Below are positions 1-13,826 of a stretch of DNA of 64,000 bases, piece by piece (position 1 is the stretch's first letter; the number at the start of each line of letters is the position of its first letter). The notes under the pieces are model-generated. The model searched no databases. It was not told the origin of the DNA and saw only the letters and a program-made list of their open reading frames with translations. The stretch lies in assembly GCF_009914755.1 (NCBI RefSeq), contig NC_060930.1. The stretch is one strand, 5' to 3'. The DNA comes from the human T2T-CHM13v2.0 reference genome, Homo sapiens. Both the position numbers and the translations under genes were made by a program.

Positions 1-2355
1 AAGATATAAATAAAGAGTGAGGCAAGGGGAGGAATCTGGGAAGAACTGTTCCTGACCAAGGGACAATAGTTGAAGTGTTTCTGAGGATGAAAAATATTCC
101 CAGAAACATCAAGAAACTGAAAAAAAAATTAGCGCTCAAGGGAGATATGTAGGTAATTGTGCAGATAATAAGGAAAAGTTAAAGGTATAGAAAATGATAG
201 GTGCACCAGTTCCTGATAAGGATGGGACTCAGAGAGCAGGAGGCTTTGGAGATGAGGTCGACTCACCACCATTGTGATAGGTGGGAAGGAGATGACGCCA
301 TGTGGGACACAATTATGTTCATGCATTTTGTGGCAAAAGTTGCAGAATTCTCATCTGGTGACCTCTACATTCTGGGTCCAGTACAATGCACAGGCATCTG
401 CTGGAGTGAAGGGGGCCAAAAGTGGGAGAAAAAAAGGGAGGAAATCAATAGCATATCTGTATATGAGAGAGTGTTGACTCAAGAAAGAAAGAGCATAGCA
501 GAGAGAGTTCACTGAAGAAACTTCACATGATCACGTAGAGCACCAATGCTAGAAGTCGGGAGTTGATAGCCACAACCATCTTAAACATCCTGCAGCATCT
601 CCAGCAGCTCTCAGCCCCCGGATGAAGATGAGAAGGTAGAAGTCAGATTCTTCCAAGGTTTGGATCTTTCCCAGAGGAAACAAAGTAGAGCAGCAAGGCA
701 AGGGAGTTGATTGTAGTTGTAATTTAAGCTGAGTAGAAAAGGCAGTAAAGATGAGAAGCTGTTGGATAAAGGCAGAATCAAGAGATGAAAGAGCCTTAGA
801 AGACATGCTGAGAAGAAAGAACCAGAGAGAGCTGGAAGGTTAGGCTTGTGTGGTCCAAGGCTGTGGAAGGTCTGAATGTATTATTTTAGAGGTGAAGTGG
901 TTTGATGTGAAGACAGGTCCAGGAGCTTTGGGGGCAGACAGCTTCAGGAGTATGGAGAAGTTTATTATAGTTAAGGAATCAAAAGTACGTGGTGGTAGGT
1001 GAGTTATCCACTTGGTTACTGAAGTCACACAGGGTATTGGCAGGACTTGAAGTGAGAAGAAGCCTGGAGCTTCTCCAGTAACTGAAGTGGAAAGAATGAA
1101 ATGTCAAATGATGCCGCAGACATGAGGTGGTAGCACCCACGGCAAGAACCCCAAGGGAGACGTGTTCTCAGCTTGAGTCCTCACTGAGGGTAGAGGACTA
1201 ATGGTCTAGAAGTGGCAGTAACACGCTGATCCCATGTCCCAACACTGACATGAAGGACAGTTGGTAATAAGTAGCCTCCATTTGAGAGGCTTCCATAAGG
1301 CAATGTTGTCAGGGGACAGTTTCAGATAAAGGAATGTCTAGTGCATACAGTGGTTGTAAGAGTGTTTATATCCTGGTTTGGGAGTTCCAGGGAAAATAAT
1401 AGAAGTGTCAGGAAGGAGGATTGTGACAGGAAATGGTAGGATCCAAATATCATGGAGCATGAGAATGTGGGAGAAGATAAGTGAAGGAATCATTCTTCTT
1501 AGGTGGTAAACAAGGGTTACAGGGATGCGAGTTAGGGTGGATTAAGCTGGCCACTAGACTGCCAACAGAATTAGTCCCACCATCCCCCCTGCAGATGGGA
1601 GGAGGCTCTCAGGGATTCACATAGCCCTGCCAGATGTACTTCCAAGCCTTAAAAGAAAGGGGAAACTCTTAGCTGTTGGAAGAAGTGACCTTTGGTCTGG
1701 ATTGACTGTGGTGGTCTTGGGGAGGTTGTGGGAATGAAGTAACTTCCACTCAGGTACCCAGGGAGTGGTGAAGGACACCATACCCAGAAAGCACGGGCTG
1801 GGAGTGGGCGATGAGTCTAGGCTCTTTGAGGGAACAGTGATGACCAGGAAATACTGGCACACAACCTGCTCTGCTTCTCCCTCTGGGACTCCAAGCTCAG
1901 CATTGCTATGGTTAGAGATTCTGTGTGCAATCTGCAGGTGGTAATAAGGATCTGTAGCTAGCATTTTTCAATCTCCCTTCATACTACATCCCCAGAGGTC
2001 AACTGAGAGCCCAGGCAGCTTGCTGTTACAGGGAGGGCCATCAGACATGTCAGTTTTCTGAATGAAACAGAGTCCTGGTATGTTTGAAAAACGGAAAGAA
2101 ATCTGTCTTCAATTAACCAAATGGTCATTCTTCAATAACGGAAAAGATAAGGTGGCAGCAAAGACCAGAAGTGGGCACTAAAAGGTATGTGATCTTTTTT
2201 TTCAGGTGAGACAAGGGTCTATATTCCTATCCATTACAGGTGGGGTCATTTCTATGACTCAAATCTGAACAAAATACAGGTAGCAATCTAAATTCAATCA
2301 TGACAATAAAATACTTTCCATTTTCCAAGTTCGATGGTAATATTTACATTTAAAA

Positions 2356-2999
2356 AAATAATTTGTTCTTTTTTTGTTTTTAAAAAAGACAACATGCTCA
2401 AGATTACACAGAATCTGGAAAAAATCACTTCATCTGAGAGATCAACTGATAGTAAAAAAACAATGTTCTTACATAGTAACCCAATTCAAGAATATCACCA
2501 TGGAGTCTAACATGGTGTTTATTTCAAAGACAATATTCAAGTATGTCATTTAGAACACTATGTCTAATGTGTCTGTAAAGAAGCAAACACTGCTATCCAA
2601 GATCATTAGGACAAGTAGCGGCGCCAGCTGGGAGAAGACCCCATGTGCCATTAATAAGGTGCTGATGGGAAGGGTGCCTGACAGGGAAGGCCAGCCGAAT
2701 GAAATTAAACCACCACCCCCAGAAATGCCCCCTTGACAAAAGAGACAAGAAAGCGATGGTGGTTGGGGACCTAGGTGGTGGAGGTGGTGGTACAGGAGGG
2801 GGTGGGGGTGGAAGAGTTGGCTGGGGGTGGTGGAGGAGGTTAGGGAGGTGGTGGGGGAGGGGGAGAAGGGCAGTGGCGAGGCGGTGATGGTAGAGGAGGT
2901 TTCCAAGGCAGGGGAGATTATGGTGGAAGAGAGGGCTGTGGTGGAAGAGGCTATGGAGATCCATATGGAGGAGGAGGAGGTGGTGAAGGTAAATAATTT
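2356..2999. pseudogene. FAM98B processed pseudogene fragment (retrocopy), probably 5'-inverted
   Basis: Plus strand from 2593 translates LSKIIRTSSGASWEKTPCAINKVLMGRVPDREGQPNEIKPPPPEMPP*QKRQE, with TGA at 2734-2736. After a frameshift, 2889 onward reads GRGGFQGRGDYGGREGCGGRGYGDPYGGGGGG. Both match the FAM98B C-terminus as I recall it. Candidate TSD aaataattt at 2356-2364 and 2991-2999. Confidence 0.85.
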
Positions 3000-3923
3000 T
3001 TAATGAACACTTCCAATTACACATTGAAAACCCAGGCAATCCCTTTGTTAAGGTACAAATCAAGCAACATCTAGATTTTAATCCAAGTTCAAGGTCCTAT
3101 GCCCAGTTCCCAGACACACTCAGTTGCGAAAGAAAAAGAGGCTCAGAAAACAGCTAGAAAAAGAGGTTCTACTCAAGCTGTCTTACATCTGATCAGAGTT
3201 GGCTCCCAAAAGCAATGGAGAGCATGAAGAAAAGGAGATCACTTAGACAGCATCCTCTTTATGCAGTGATTTCTTATTAACCCTTAATGTAAGAAAGAGA
3301 CAATTCTTAGAATTCAAGAATTTGCTAAAAAACAAAATAATTTTTCCCTGAAATTAACCTTTGTGTTTTGAAGCTTCCAAGCCTTCCTGGAATTATTGTT
3401 TATTATTCCAGAGGGTTCAGTGAAGATTTTCAAATGCAACTACATCCTCTGCTAACGTTATATGCAGAGGCCTTCTTCCTCCTACAATGACAGGGTGTAT
3501 CACGCAGTCTTCTCTAGAAGCAAAAGTGCAATATGATATTCTACTACCAACAACAAGGACCAATTCAACCAGAGTTTAGTTTCAAAATTAAGACTCACTT
3601 TACATGAGATCTACTCTCAACAAATATTTAAGTGTACACTATATTATTGTTGACTGTAAGTATAAATGCCTATTTTTCTTATAAGAACTCTGACATCTCA
3701 AAGTTGTAACTATTCATTTTCCAATCACGTAAATAACATGTAGAGGAAGGATCGCCATCAAAGACTTAACACAATTTATGGAAGGGAGAATGAGAAAGAG
3801 CCATTTCCTAAACCAAACTCAAAGGGATTCAAGGACCAGGGAGTCTGTAGTCTTGAGTCAAATAATTAAAATGTGTTCACTAAGGGGACTATAATATCTT
3901 ATCAAAACATAAGAATAATTTTG

Positions 3924-4202
3924 GGCTAGATGCAGTGGTTCACAACTATAATCCTAATGCTTTGGGAGGCTGAGACTAAAGGATTGCTTGAGTCCAGGAG
4001 TTCAAGACCAGCCTGACCAACATAGCAAGATCCTCTCTACAAAAAAATTTAAAAATCAGCCAGGCATGGTGGTGCATACCTGCAGTTTTAGCTACCCAGG
4101 AGGCCGAGGCAGGAGGATCACTTGAGCCCAGGAGTTTGAGGCTGAAGTGTGCTATGATCACACCATTGCACTCCAACCTGGGCAACGGAGAGAGACCCTC
4201 TG
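3924..4202 (+). mobile_element. Alu (old, J-like), lacking poly(A) tail
   Basis: Two-arm Alu similarity that ends abruptly at gagaccctctg. Confidence 0.85.
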
Positions 4203-4228
4203 TGAGGGTTATCCGTGAGGCTTCCACT

Positions 4229-4339
4229 TAACAGTAGACTATTAGTAGTTAAGCTTTTGGGGAGTCAAAAATTATACATGAATTTTTTACTGTGTGTGGG
4301 TGGCACCCCAACCTCCCTGTTGTCCAAAAGTTAACTGTA
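4229..4339. mobile_element. Tigger/MER2-type DNA transposon terminal fragment
   Basis: ctattagtagttaag...ggggagtcaaaaattatac...gttaactgta resembles a Tigger-family end. Confidence 0.5.
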
Positions 4340-4433
4340 TTACAATTCATTCTGCCAACGCGAGTCTTTCTAAAATGCTAATGTAATTAACCTTTTTGCA
4401 GTCATTTAATGATTCCCCTTGTGGCTTTTCAGA

Positions 4434-4774
4434 TGGATTAGTCCATTCTTATGCCGCTAATAAAGACATACCTGAGACCGGGTAGTTTATAAAGGAAAGA
4501 GGTTTAATGCACTCACAGTTCCACATGACCGGGGAGGCCTCACAATCATGGTGGAAGGTGAAGGAAGAGCAAAGGCAAGAGGCAATGTATGCAGGGGAAC
4601 TCCCTTTTATAAAACCATCAGATCTCATGAAACTTATTCACTATTATGAGAACAGCATGGGAAAAACCTACCCCCATGATTCAATTACCTCCCACCAGGT
4701 CACTCCCAAGACATGTGGGGATTATTACAATTCAAGGTGAGATTCAGGTGGGGACACAGAGCCAAACCATATCA
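4434..4774 (-). mobile_element. THE1/MST (ERVL-MaLR) solo LTR
   Basis: tg...ca termini, aataaagacatacc and aaaccatcagatctcatga motifs, 5-bp TSD tcaga. Confidence 0.9.
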
Positions 4775-5464
4775 TCAGAAATCCAGTTCCTTGGGTTAGA
4801 ACCCTAAGTCTTCATAATCTGAACCCTGCCAATCTCTATAGCCTTCTCTTCATGCACTTTCCCACCCTCCTCTTGCCAGCCACCCCATTCGCCCAGTCTT
4901 AGGCTCCAATCATTCTAAACACCTGCAGGTCTCCAAACCCACCTGCTATTTCCCACCTACGAGGCTTCCAACAAAAGCTCCCTCCACTGGGAATGCTCAT
5001 CCTCCAACCCACCCTTTCTGAGTTTTCCAATTCAAATAACTACCTCTGTCTGATGTGGCTATCCTCCTTTAGACAATCATAGCGCCCTCTATCAGGGCAC
5101 TTCCTACCTAGTATCTTCATCACTGATTATATGTATGTTTCTCCGACTGGACTTCGAGCAACTTGAAAATATCCATTTGCTATTTTAAATTCAACACCTA
5201 AAACCACAGTGCTTAACAAAAGTTTGTTGAATAAAATAATGAATGAATAACCCATGGGCAAATGATTTAATATATGGAAACCAGATGGGCTGGCTGTAAA
5301 TGGTTTTATGAGCTTTATTCCTTAAAGTTGATGTTTTTACATTTTAGAAGCTAGAGAAGTTTCCAGAGTAGTGAGAATGAAAGCAAGGTTCGCACTGATG
5401 AGGAAAAGTATGTGAGGAGACTTAAAAATATCTATGATTAATTAAAAAATTTAATTTTTTAAAA

Positions 5465-5650
5465 GGCCGAGTGTGGTGGCTCAAACCTGTAATCCTAGCA
5501 GTTTGGGAGGCCGAGGTGGGCCTCGGCCCAAGAGGAAGATCACTTGAGTCCAAGAGTTCAAGACCAGCCTGGGCAACATGATGAAACCCTGTCTCTATCA
5601 AAAAAAAAAAAAAAAAAAAAAGAGAGAGAGAAAGAAAAAAAAGAAAAAAA
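5465..5650 (+). mobile_element. Alu left monomer (FLAM-like) with A-rich tail
   Basis: ggccgagtgtggtggctca...gaaaccctgtctcta followed by poly(A). Confidence 0.85.
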
Positions 5651-5968
5651 ACTATGATTTTATAAATGTGTTGTGAGAAGGATTTTTATAAAATGCTATT
5701 AAACTGTTTGTTGAGTGAATAAAGCAAGCATTACTTGACTGCCCTTGGGCCTGTGTCACTGAGGAAGTGAGCACACACCAGGAAATGTTTGGCAGACTAA
5801 GAACAGGACACAATCATTGCCTCCAGGGGGTACTATCTGGTTGAGAGACAAGACATGCAGGATAACATTCAATGAAGACCTCACAGAAGAGAAACGTCTT
5901 GCCTTGGTCTAAGTCAAAAAAGACTTCGCAGAGGATGGGGGCCTTAGAACTGATTTTGAGAGAGGATC

Positions 5969-6350
5969 TGTGTTAGTCTGTTCTCACACTGCTAATAAAG
6001 ACATACCCAAGACTGGGTAATTTAATTTGTAAAATAAAAAAGTTTTAATTGACTCACAGTTCCTTATGGCTGAGGAGGCCTCAGGAAATTTACAATCATG
6101 GCGGAAGATGAAGGGGAAGCAAACACCTTCTTCACAAGGTAGCGGGAAAGAGAAGTGTAAACAGGAGAAACGCCAGGCACTTATAAAACCATCAGATCTC
6201 ATGAGACTTACTCATTATCACGAGAACAGCTTGGGGGGAACCGCCCCTATGATTCAATTACCTCTACCTGGTCCTGCCCTTGACACGTGGGAATTATAGG
6301 GATTACAATTCAAGGTGAGATTTGGTTGGGGACACAGCCAAATCATATCA
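5969..6350 (-). mobile_element. THE1/MST solo LTR
   Basis: tgtgttagtctgttctcacactgct...aaatcatatca. Confidence 0.9.
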
Positions 6351-6992
6351 ACATCTAAATGAGAGTGACAGTGAGTGAGAAGGAAGAAATCTACACTAAA
6401 GTGTAGGAAGTAGACTTACCACAAGTAAGGGCAAAAACTTGCCATTGTGTTCACCTGGTGGTGAGTCCATCAACAAGATGAAGCTGAAAGTAATCATAAA
6501 CAGGACTATAGGGTCAGCTGAAAAGCTACAACAGGTTCAAATACATAGGATCTTGAATGCCTAACTAAGGGCAAAGGGCAAACGTCCTCCTAGAGTGGTC
6601 AGAACATGAGGGAAGTGGTGTTGACTATGTAATTGGCCCGCAAGCCTACTGAAAGATAAAGAAAACAGAAAGCAATCAAAATATTTTTGTTACCATAGTA
6701 ATACAAGCACTGAAAGGGGAAAATTGGAATGCTCCATCTTCAGGGAGACCTCATTGAATGGAAAGTCTCCACAGCTGGTGGAAGGAGGGGGCCGTGGGGT
6801 GTGATCCAGCCAGACTGCAAATCTAAGAGTCCAGAACACAGACCAGCATGGCAGAGGATGGGGTAGCACAACAGACGAAATATCCAAGCAGAAGAAATCC
6901 TAAATCTCTGTGAGGAAGGTCCATATTGAAGGAACACATTTGTGTAAAAGAGACAATGCATTATCACATAATCAAGAAAATTAGCCTGAGTT

Positions 6993-7310
6993 GGCCGGGC
7001 GTGGTGGCTCACGCCTGTACTCCCAGCACTTTGGGAGGTTGAGGTGGATGAATCACCTGAGGACAGGAATTCAAGACCAGCCTGGGCAACATGGCGAAAC
7101 CCCGTGTCTACTAAAAATACAAAAATTAGCCGGGTATGATGGTGTCACACGCCTGTAATCCCAGCTACTCAGAAGGCTGAGGCAGGAGAATCACTTGAAC
7201 GGGGAAGGCGGAGGTTGCAGTGAACCAAGATCAAGCCACTGAACTCCATCCAGCCTGGGTGACAGAGCAAGACTCCATCTCAAAAAAAAAAAAAAGAAAA
7301 GAAAAGAAAA
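6993..7310 (+). mobile_element. Alu (S-like)
   Basis: Full-length dimer with A-tail. Confidence 0.95.
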
Positions 7311-8237
7311 TCAGACCAAGTTAGTAATAATGATATTTAGGCAACTATAGAAGTTGCCACATAATAATAAAGGGGGACTTTGATGCCGTATCAGGACAAG
7401 ATGTAGAGCTGAGCTTTCCTTAAACAACAATGACAGCTTCACCGGGGCAGGATGAGCTGCCAGGGCACCTGGTGAATACAAAAGGCCTGAGAGGTGAAAA
7501 GGCAAATCCAGACACTGAGGCTAGAAACTTTAGACAGGTGCCTCCAATCTAATTATGCAGAAAGTTTATTCCAAACTGATAAATAAGTTCATATTTCTTT
7601 ATGTTTGCTTTTTTCTGTTTGTTTTTCACCTACGTTATTTCACTGGCACCTCAAAATGACCCTGTCATGTAGATGGGGTAGGAATTATTATCCTCATTTT
7701 GTGACCAAGGAAACTGGAACTCGACATTAGTAAATCACTTGCCCAAGATCCCACAGAGAGTCAAACATGGAGCTGGGTCTTGAGTTCTTATTTCTAGTTC
7801 AGCTCTCCTTCCACTATAACAGGAGGCCTCTCTGAATTAAGGCTCACCCTACAGAAATAGAAATTAAGGAAGCGTGCGGAATTAGGAGGCATCCTGGCAA
7901 GGCTACAGCTCCAGGCCCTTGTGGGAGAAGACAAGTCAGCAAGCAGCAGATCTATGGGGAACCCTGGAAGAGGATGGCAACCTCAGTCACCAGGTATCCC
8001 TTGGGGTGACAGCAAGTGGGCAGGGTCACCAACTCATCCCAGTTTGCCCAGGTCTGTCCCCATTTTCAAATCGGAAGTCCCGTAGCCTGGGAGCTTCATG
8101 CTGGTGATCTCAAGCAAACCAACATAGTGGTTGGGAGCCCTGTGTAGGAGCAGAAGCTCTGGAATCAGAAGCAAGGCCCAGCTTTCAGACCACGCTGTCA
8201 CAGGACAATGCATGCAGCCTTCAGTGTGTCACTTAAC

Positions 8238-8399
8238 TCTCTGAGTTGCAGTATGGAGATGGAGTCTCTGAGTTGCAGTATGGAGATGGAGTCTCTGAGT
8301 TGCAGTATGGAGATGGAGTCTCTGAGTTGCAGTATGGAGATGGAGTCTCTGAGTTGCAGTATGGAGATGGAGTCTCTGAGTTGCAGTATGGAGATGGAG
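8238..8399. repeat. Minisatellite, 6 perfect copies of a 27-bp unit
   Basis: (tctctgagttgcagtatggagatggag)x6, contiguous with no spacers. Confidence 0.97.
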
Positions 8400-9941
8400 T
8401 TGGTCATTAGCACCTGCCCCTTCTTCACCTCCCGCCATGATTTAGTTGAACCTTTTTAAGTTGCCTCTTTTTTTAGTCAAAAAGTGTCACATATTTGTAT
8501 GGTTCTACCTAAAACTTCATACTGCAATTAAGAAGACAAACGAGGCTGCGTTTATGAAAATACTTATAAACAGTAAAGAGCTTATAAATATAAGTTATTA
8601 TTATCATTATTACCTAAAAGAACCCTTTATTATCAATAGCAAAGTGGACACAGGCTGGAGTGACCATGAGCTTCACTCAGTGGGAAAGCCTTGTTTTGTA
8701 ATATTTTTAAGACTTCCAGGAAAAATCACTGTTCTTTTACATTTTCTCATGTAAAATTTTTTCCTGCCCCAGATTAATGGTCATTCAGATGCCTACCAGA
8801 TAGACAGCAAACCAAGAAAACCATAGGGTTCTGACATCTGGTTCGCTCTTAAAACAAGAACACATTTCTAAGGTTGCACTGTAGATATGTATCACGATGG
8901 GAATAAATACATACATTCATGAAAAGACTAGTGAAACCAAAAGCAAACCACAAAAATGACCCTAGTTAGGACACTGGGAAATATATTGGGAAATGTAATG
9001 ACCCCCCCCCCCATGGAGGCCATGTTAACTTTGTGTTACCCAGAAAAATTTGTGTAAATAATTGATTGGGAAATGTCATGATATTGCCTCTGTCTCACAC
9101 ACATCTCAGAGAGATGCAGAAAAAAGAAGACAGAGCTCCTACCCTCCCATTCCTTATAAAAGAAAAAGGAAAAAACAAAAAGCAAAAGTCCTACAGAAAG
9201 GGCACAATCTATCTTCTGAGCCAGACATGAGCTCAGACAGGGAGAGAAATTTAGAGCTGTTGAAATAAACCCCTTTGGCCAAAGACAGCTCTGTGTATCT
9301 TCTCTAACTTCACAGAACACTCACAGGCTATCTATAATATGTATACAGCTTCTAGAAAATCTGACTGCTTCAAACACACATGCTGATTTGGTGACAGTGA
9401 CATAAACAAAACATACATGGAAAAATCCAGGGCCCCAAGCAAGTAGTCTTGGCAGCCGCGCTGTAAGGAGGGTTCAGCTAACATACCAGTCTCCCAAGTG
9501 GAGGACAGCATGGACCAGATTCCAGGGGCTCGTTTCTGCTAATTGAACTATATTTACATGACTCGATGCTGATGTGTTAATTTGCAAATAATGCCCTTAT
9601 AACATGGAAAATGTTCTCCTTATAACCCTGAAAATGGTCATCGCCTTTAGGGAAAGAAATTTTTCTCAAGCTCAGAAGGAATGGCACACTATTTTTGACA
9701 CATTCAGCACTCATATAGTAGCTTCGGGAGTTAATATTGCTGCCAAAACCCCTTTAGAACATGGAAAGTGGGGTCTAGAGCCACCGCCTATTAGTCAGTG
9801 AGAAGGGACACCTGCTCCTCCTTCCCAACACTTGTTTGCCAGCCACAGTACATTGGCAAGGTCCTGGCAACTGGACCTTGGCTGTGGGCTCTCCATAGGA
9901 CAGGGCAGGCAACTGCAATCACCCCATGCCCCAACCCCGCA

Positions 9942-9942
<1 letters not shown>

Positions 9943-9978
<36 letters not shown>
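9943..9978. repeat. (AC)n microsatellite
   Basis: Uninterrupted ac run. Confidence 0.95.
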
Positions 9979-9982
<4 letters not shown>

Positions 9983-11175
9983 CTGGAACTATGCATATTG
10001 CTGCAGTCTTCATAAGAGGCAGTAAAGAACTCCACCTTTAGAGAAAATAAATAGCATAAGTCCAAGGAGGTCTCAAATTCTGGCAGCAAATCAGTGGCAA
10101 GTTATACAGGGAAGCAAAGTGAGAACTGACCACAACTGTCAGTTCCATCTGAAACCCACTGATCTGAGGTGCAGGGCCTAAAATGTGAAACTTTCTGAGG
10201 CCTCATTGAGGTTTTCAGAGAGTCTATCCAGAAGTCCAAGCATACAGTAATGATGATGAAGAAGAGGAGCAAGAGAAAGAGGGGAGAGTAGGTAACCTTT
10301 ACTAAGCACTTCCCAAGGCATTGTTTAGGAGCTTTGCATGTATTAACTGACAATGACCCTATGCAGTGAGAGCTACTATTTTTTCCAGTTTCTACGTTAA
10401 AAAAAAAGTTGAGAACCAAAGGGTTAAATCATTGTCAGGGTCCATGAAACCAGGCCAGCTGGGTCCAGAGCCTGACAATGTTGTATGGTCATTCAAAGGC
10501 TCCTAGAAGAGTCCCCTCTACTTGAATACCTCGAAGCAGGCAACTCTGCATCCCCAGCCAGCCCTGCCATCAACGTCATCAGTGTGAATGTGCGCAACTG
10601 CACACATTCTAGCCACGGTTGCACCTCTGGGAATTTAAGATACACATGTGCATGTAGGCAGTTATTTGTTGGTGCATGGTTATAGTTCATACAGAAAATA
10701 ATCCGCATTTCCATCAACAGATAACTAGTTAAATTCATTGCCACGTGGCCACACAGGATACTAGTCTATAAAGCTGGCTTCTCCCTTCCACTCCCTGCAA
10801 CCCTGGAGGCACGTGGCTTCATCAGTGGATAGCACTGTGATGGGAAGAAAACTGTGCCCTTTCCTCCAAGTGGAAGCAGGGCACTTGTACTGCAAGCCGT
10901 GCAGCCCCATAGCCTCGCAATGAATTACCATGCAGCAGCAATAAAAAAGAAAGTGGTGCGCACACATCCACGCACAGAGTTTGCGCAGACCATCTCTGGA
11001 AGGACCTGTGGGAAACTGATGACCGCATTTGCCTCTGAAGAGGAGACCTGGAGAACTGGGGGTGGGAAGGTGTACTTTTTACTTATAAGTCTCTTTGTTG
11101 TGTTTGCATTTTACATGTATGTGTAAACCAAGCATACCTTTTAAGAAAGACTAAAATTTCAAGTTAAAAATTCCT

Positions 11176-11390
11176 AGCCTGGGCCGCATGACAAAATCCC
11201 TTCCCTACAAAAAAATACAAAAAATTAGCCAGGCATGTACCTGTAGTCCCAGCTGCTTGGGAGGCTGAGGTGACAGGACAGGCTTGAGCCCAGGAGGTCA
11301 GGGCAGCAGCAAGCTGAGATCATACCACTGCACTCCAGCCTGGGCAACAAAGTGAGACCCTGTCTCAAAAAAAATACAAAAAATAAATTT
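11176..11390 (+). mobile_element. 5'-truncated Alu (J-like)
   Basis: End of left arm, right arm and A-tail. Confidence 0.85.
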
Positions 11391-11482
11391 AAGAAAAATT
11401 TGAATAAACCAGCAAAAAATAAAATATTCATTAATAATCAGTCACAAGCAAAAAATTAGAAAAGGTAAAACAAAAAAAACTA

Positions 11483-11740
<258 letters not shown>

Positions 11741-11917
11741 TCATCATTAAAAGTTGGGGAAGCTATGTAGCAACAAGGGACATGTTTAGATTACAATGTC
11801 AGTGAAAGAGCAGAATGCCAAACTGTATGTTCCATGTGATTACAATCACGATAATATGAAGAAAATTGTCTTCTCTTAGCAGCTAGAATAAGTATTTCTT
11901 CTAAAGGTGGGGATAGG

Positions 11918-12586
<669 letters not shown>

Positions 12587-13295
12587 TAGCTGATCCTGAT
12601 GGAGAAAATAAGGCTCAAAAACGGAAATAACAGGTCTTTCTCGATTATATTCGTTCTGTAGAGTATATAACTAGACAGTCATAAGGCTGCTTACCTCAAA
12701 CAGCACATGTGATAGCTAAGTAGGTAGATAACAAAGAGCATGCAGTATTTTATAAACCACAGTTCAATCCTTTCTCCTCTGCTCTTCTCCCCCACTCCTG
12801 TTCCTCCTTCATCCTTCCGCCCACAGAATGTAGGATTCACAGTGAACCACTGAGCCTCAAGCCTGATACTTGAACAGATCACAACTTTCCACATCACTTA
12901 CGCCTCCTAAGCCTCAGAATCTCCATGAATAAGATGGGAACAGTACCAATATTCAGCTTTTGAGGTTATCTTGAGCATTAAATGAGATCATGGATGTGAA
13001 AGGCCGCTGGAATTTTAAAGCATTCTATAACATTATTTTATCAGGGGCAAAAAAGCTTATCCTGTTTCAGAAAATGCAGAAAAATATCCCCAAGAAATAT
13101 GATGGCTAAAATACACAATTTTGGGATACCACATAATTTTATAACATTAGAAATTCAAATGTTAATAAACTTAAAACTATATATTACCATCTTGTTTTTA
13201 TTTTATTCCCATATGTACTTATAAATAGAATCTAACTTAAAGAAAAATAGGCTAATTTGACTCCTCTTTTACTTTAATTAAGGCCTCTTAGAAGT

Positions 13296-13300
13296 AATAA

Positions 13301-13339
<39 letters not shown>

Positions 13340-13341
13340 AA
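13296..13341. repeat. (TAAA)n microsatellite
   Basis: Tetranucleotide run. Confidence 0.9.
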
Positions 13342-13534
13342 TATCTTTAAAAGAGAGGTTGTTGCTTTAAAAAAGGGACGATGTTATTTCCTTGAAGTCA
13401 CCTTTCAAAATGCAGCAACAAAGTAGGCTTCAAATTAAATTGAGTGGAAAACTCAGCGATAGCGTCCTAAAAATTCCATGCACCTTAATCAGAATATTTC
13501 CCTTTGTTTTTTTATTTTTCTAGGTAAAAATATT

Positions 13535-13826
<292 letters not shown>

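Noticed and set aside
2550-3063. Proline/histidine-rich minus-strand ORFs and ORF 2699-2887 as novel genes
   Set aside because: They are antisense or off-frame readings of the Gly-rich FAM98B retrocopy
8198-8459. Repetitive ORFs or a CRISPR-like array
   Set aside because: Units are contiguous with no unique spacers and no cas genes; the ORFs result from the 27-bp period
10585-10990. Cluster of TGCRCNC metal-response-like motifs
   Set aside because: Short motifs, partly within probable old L1 sequence, with no promoter context
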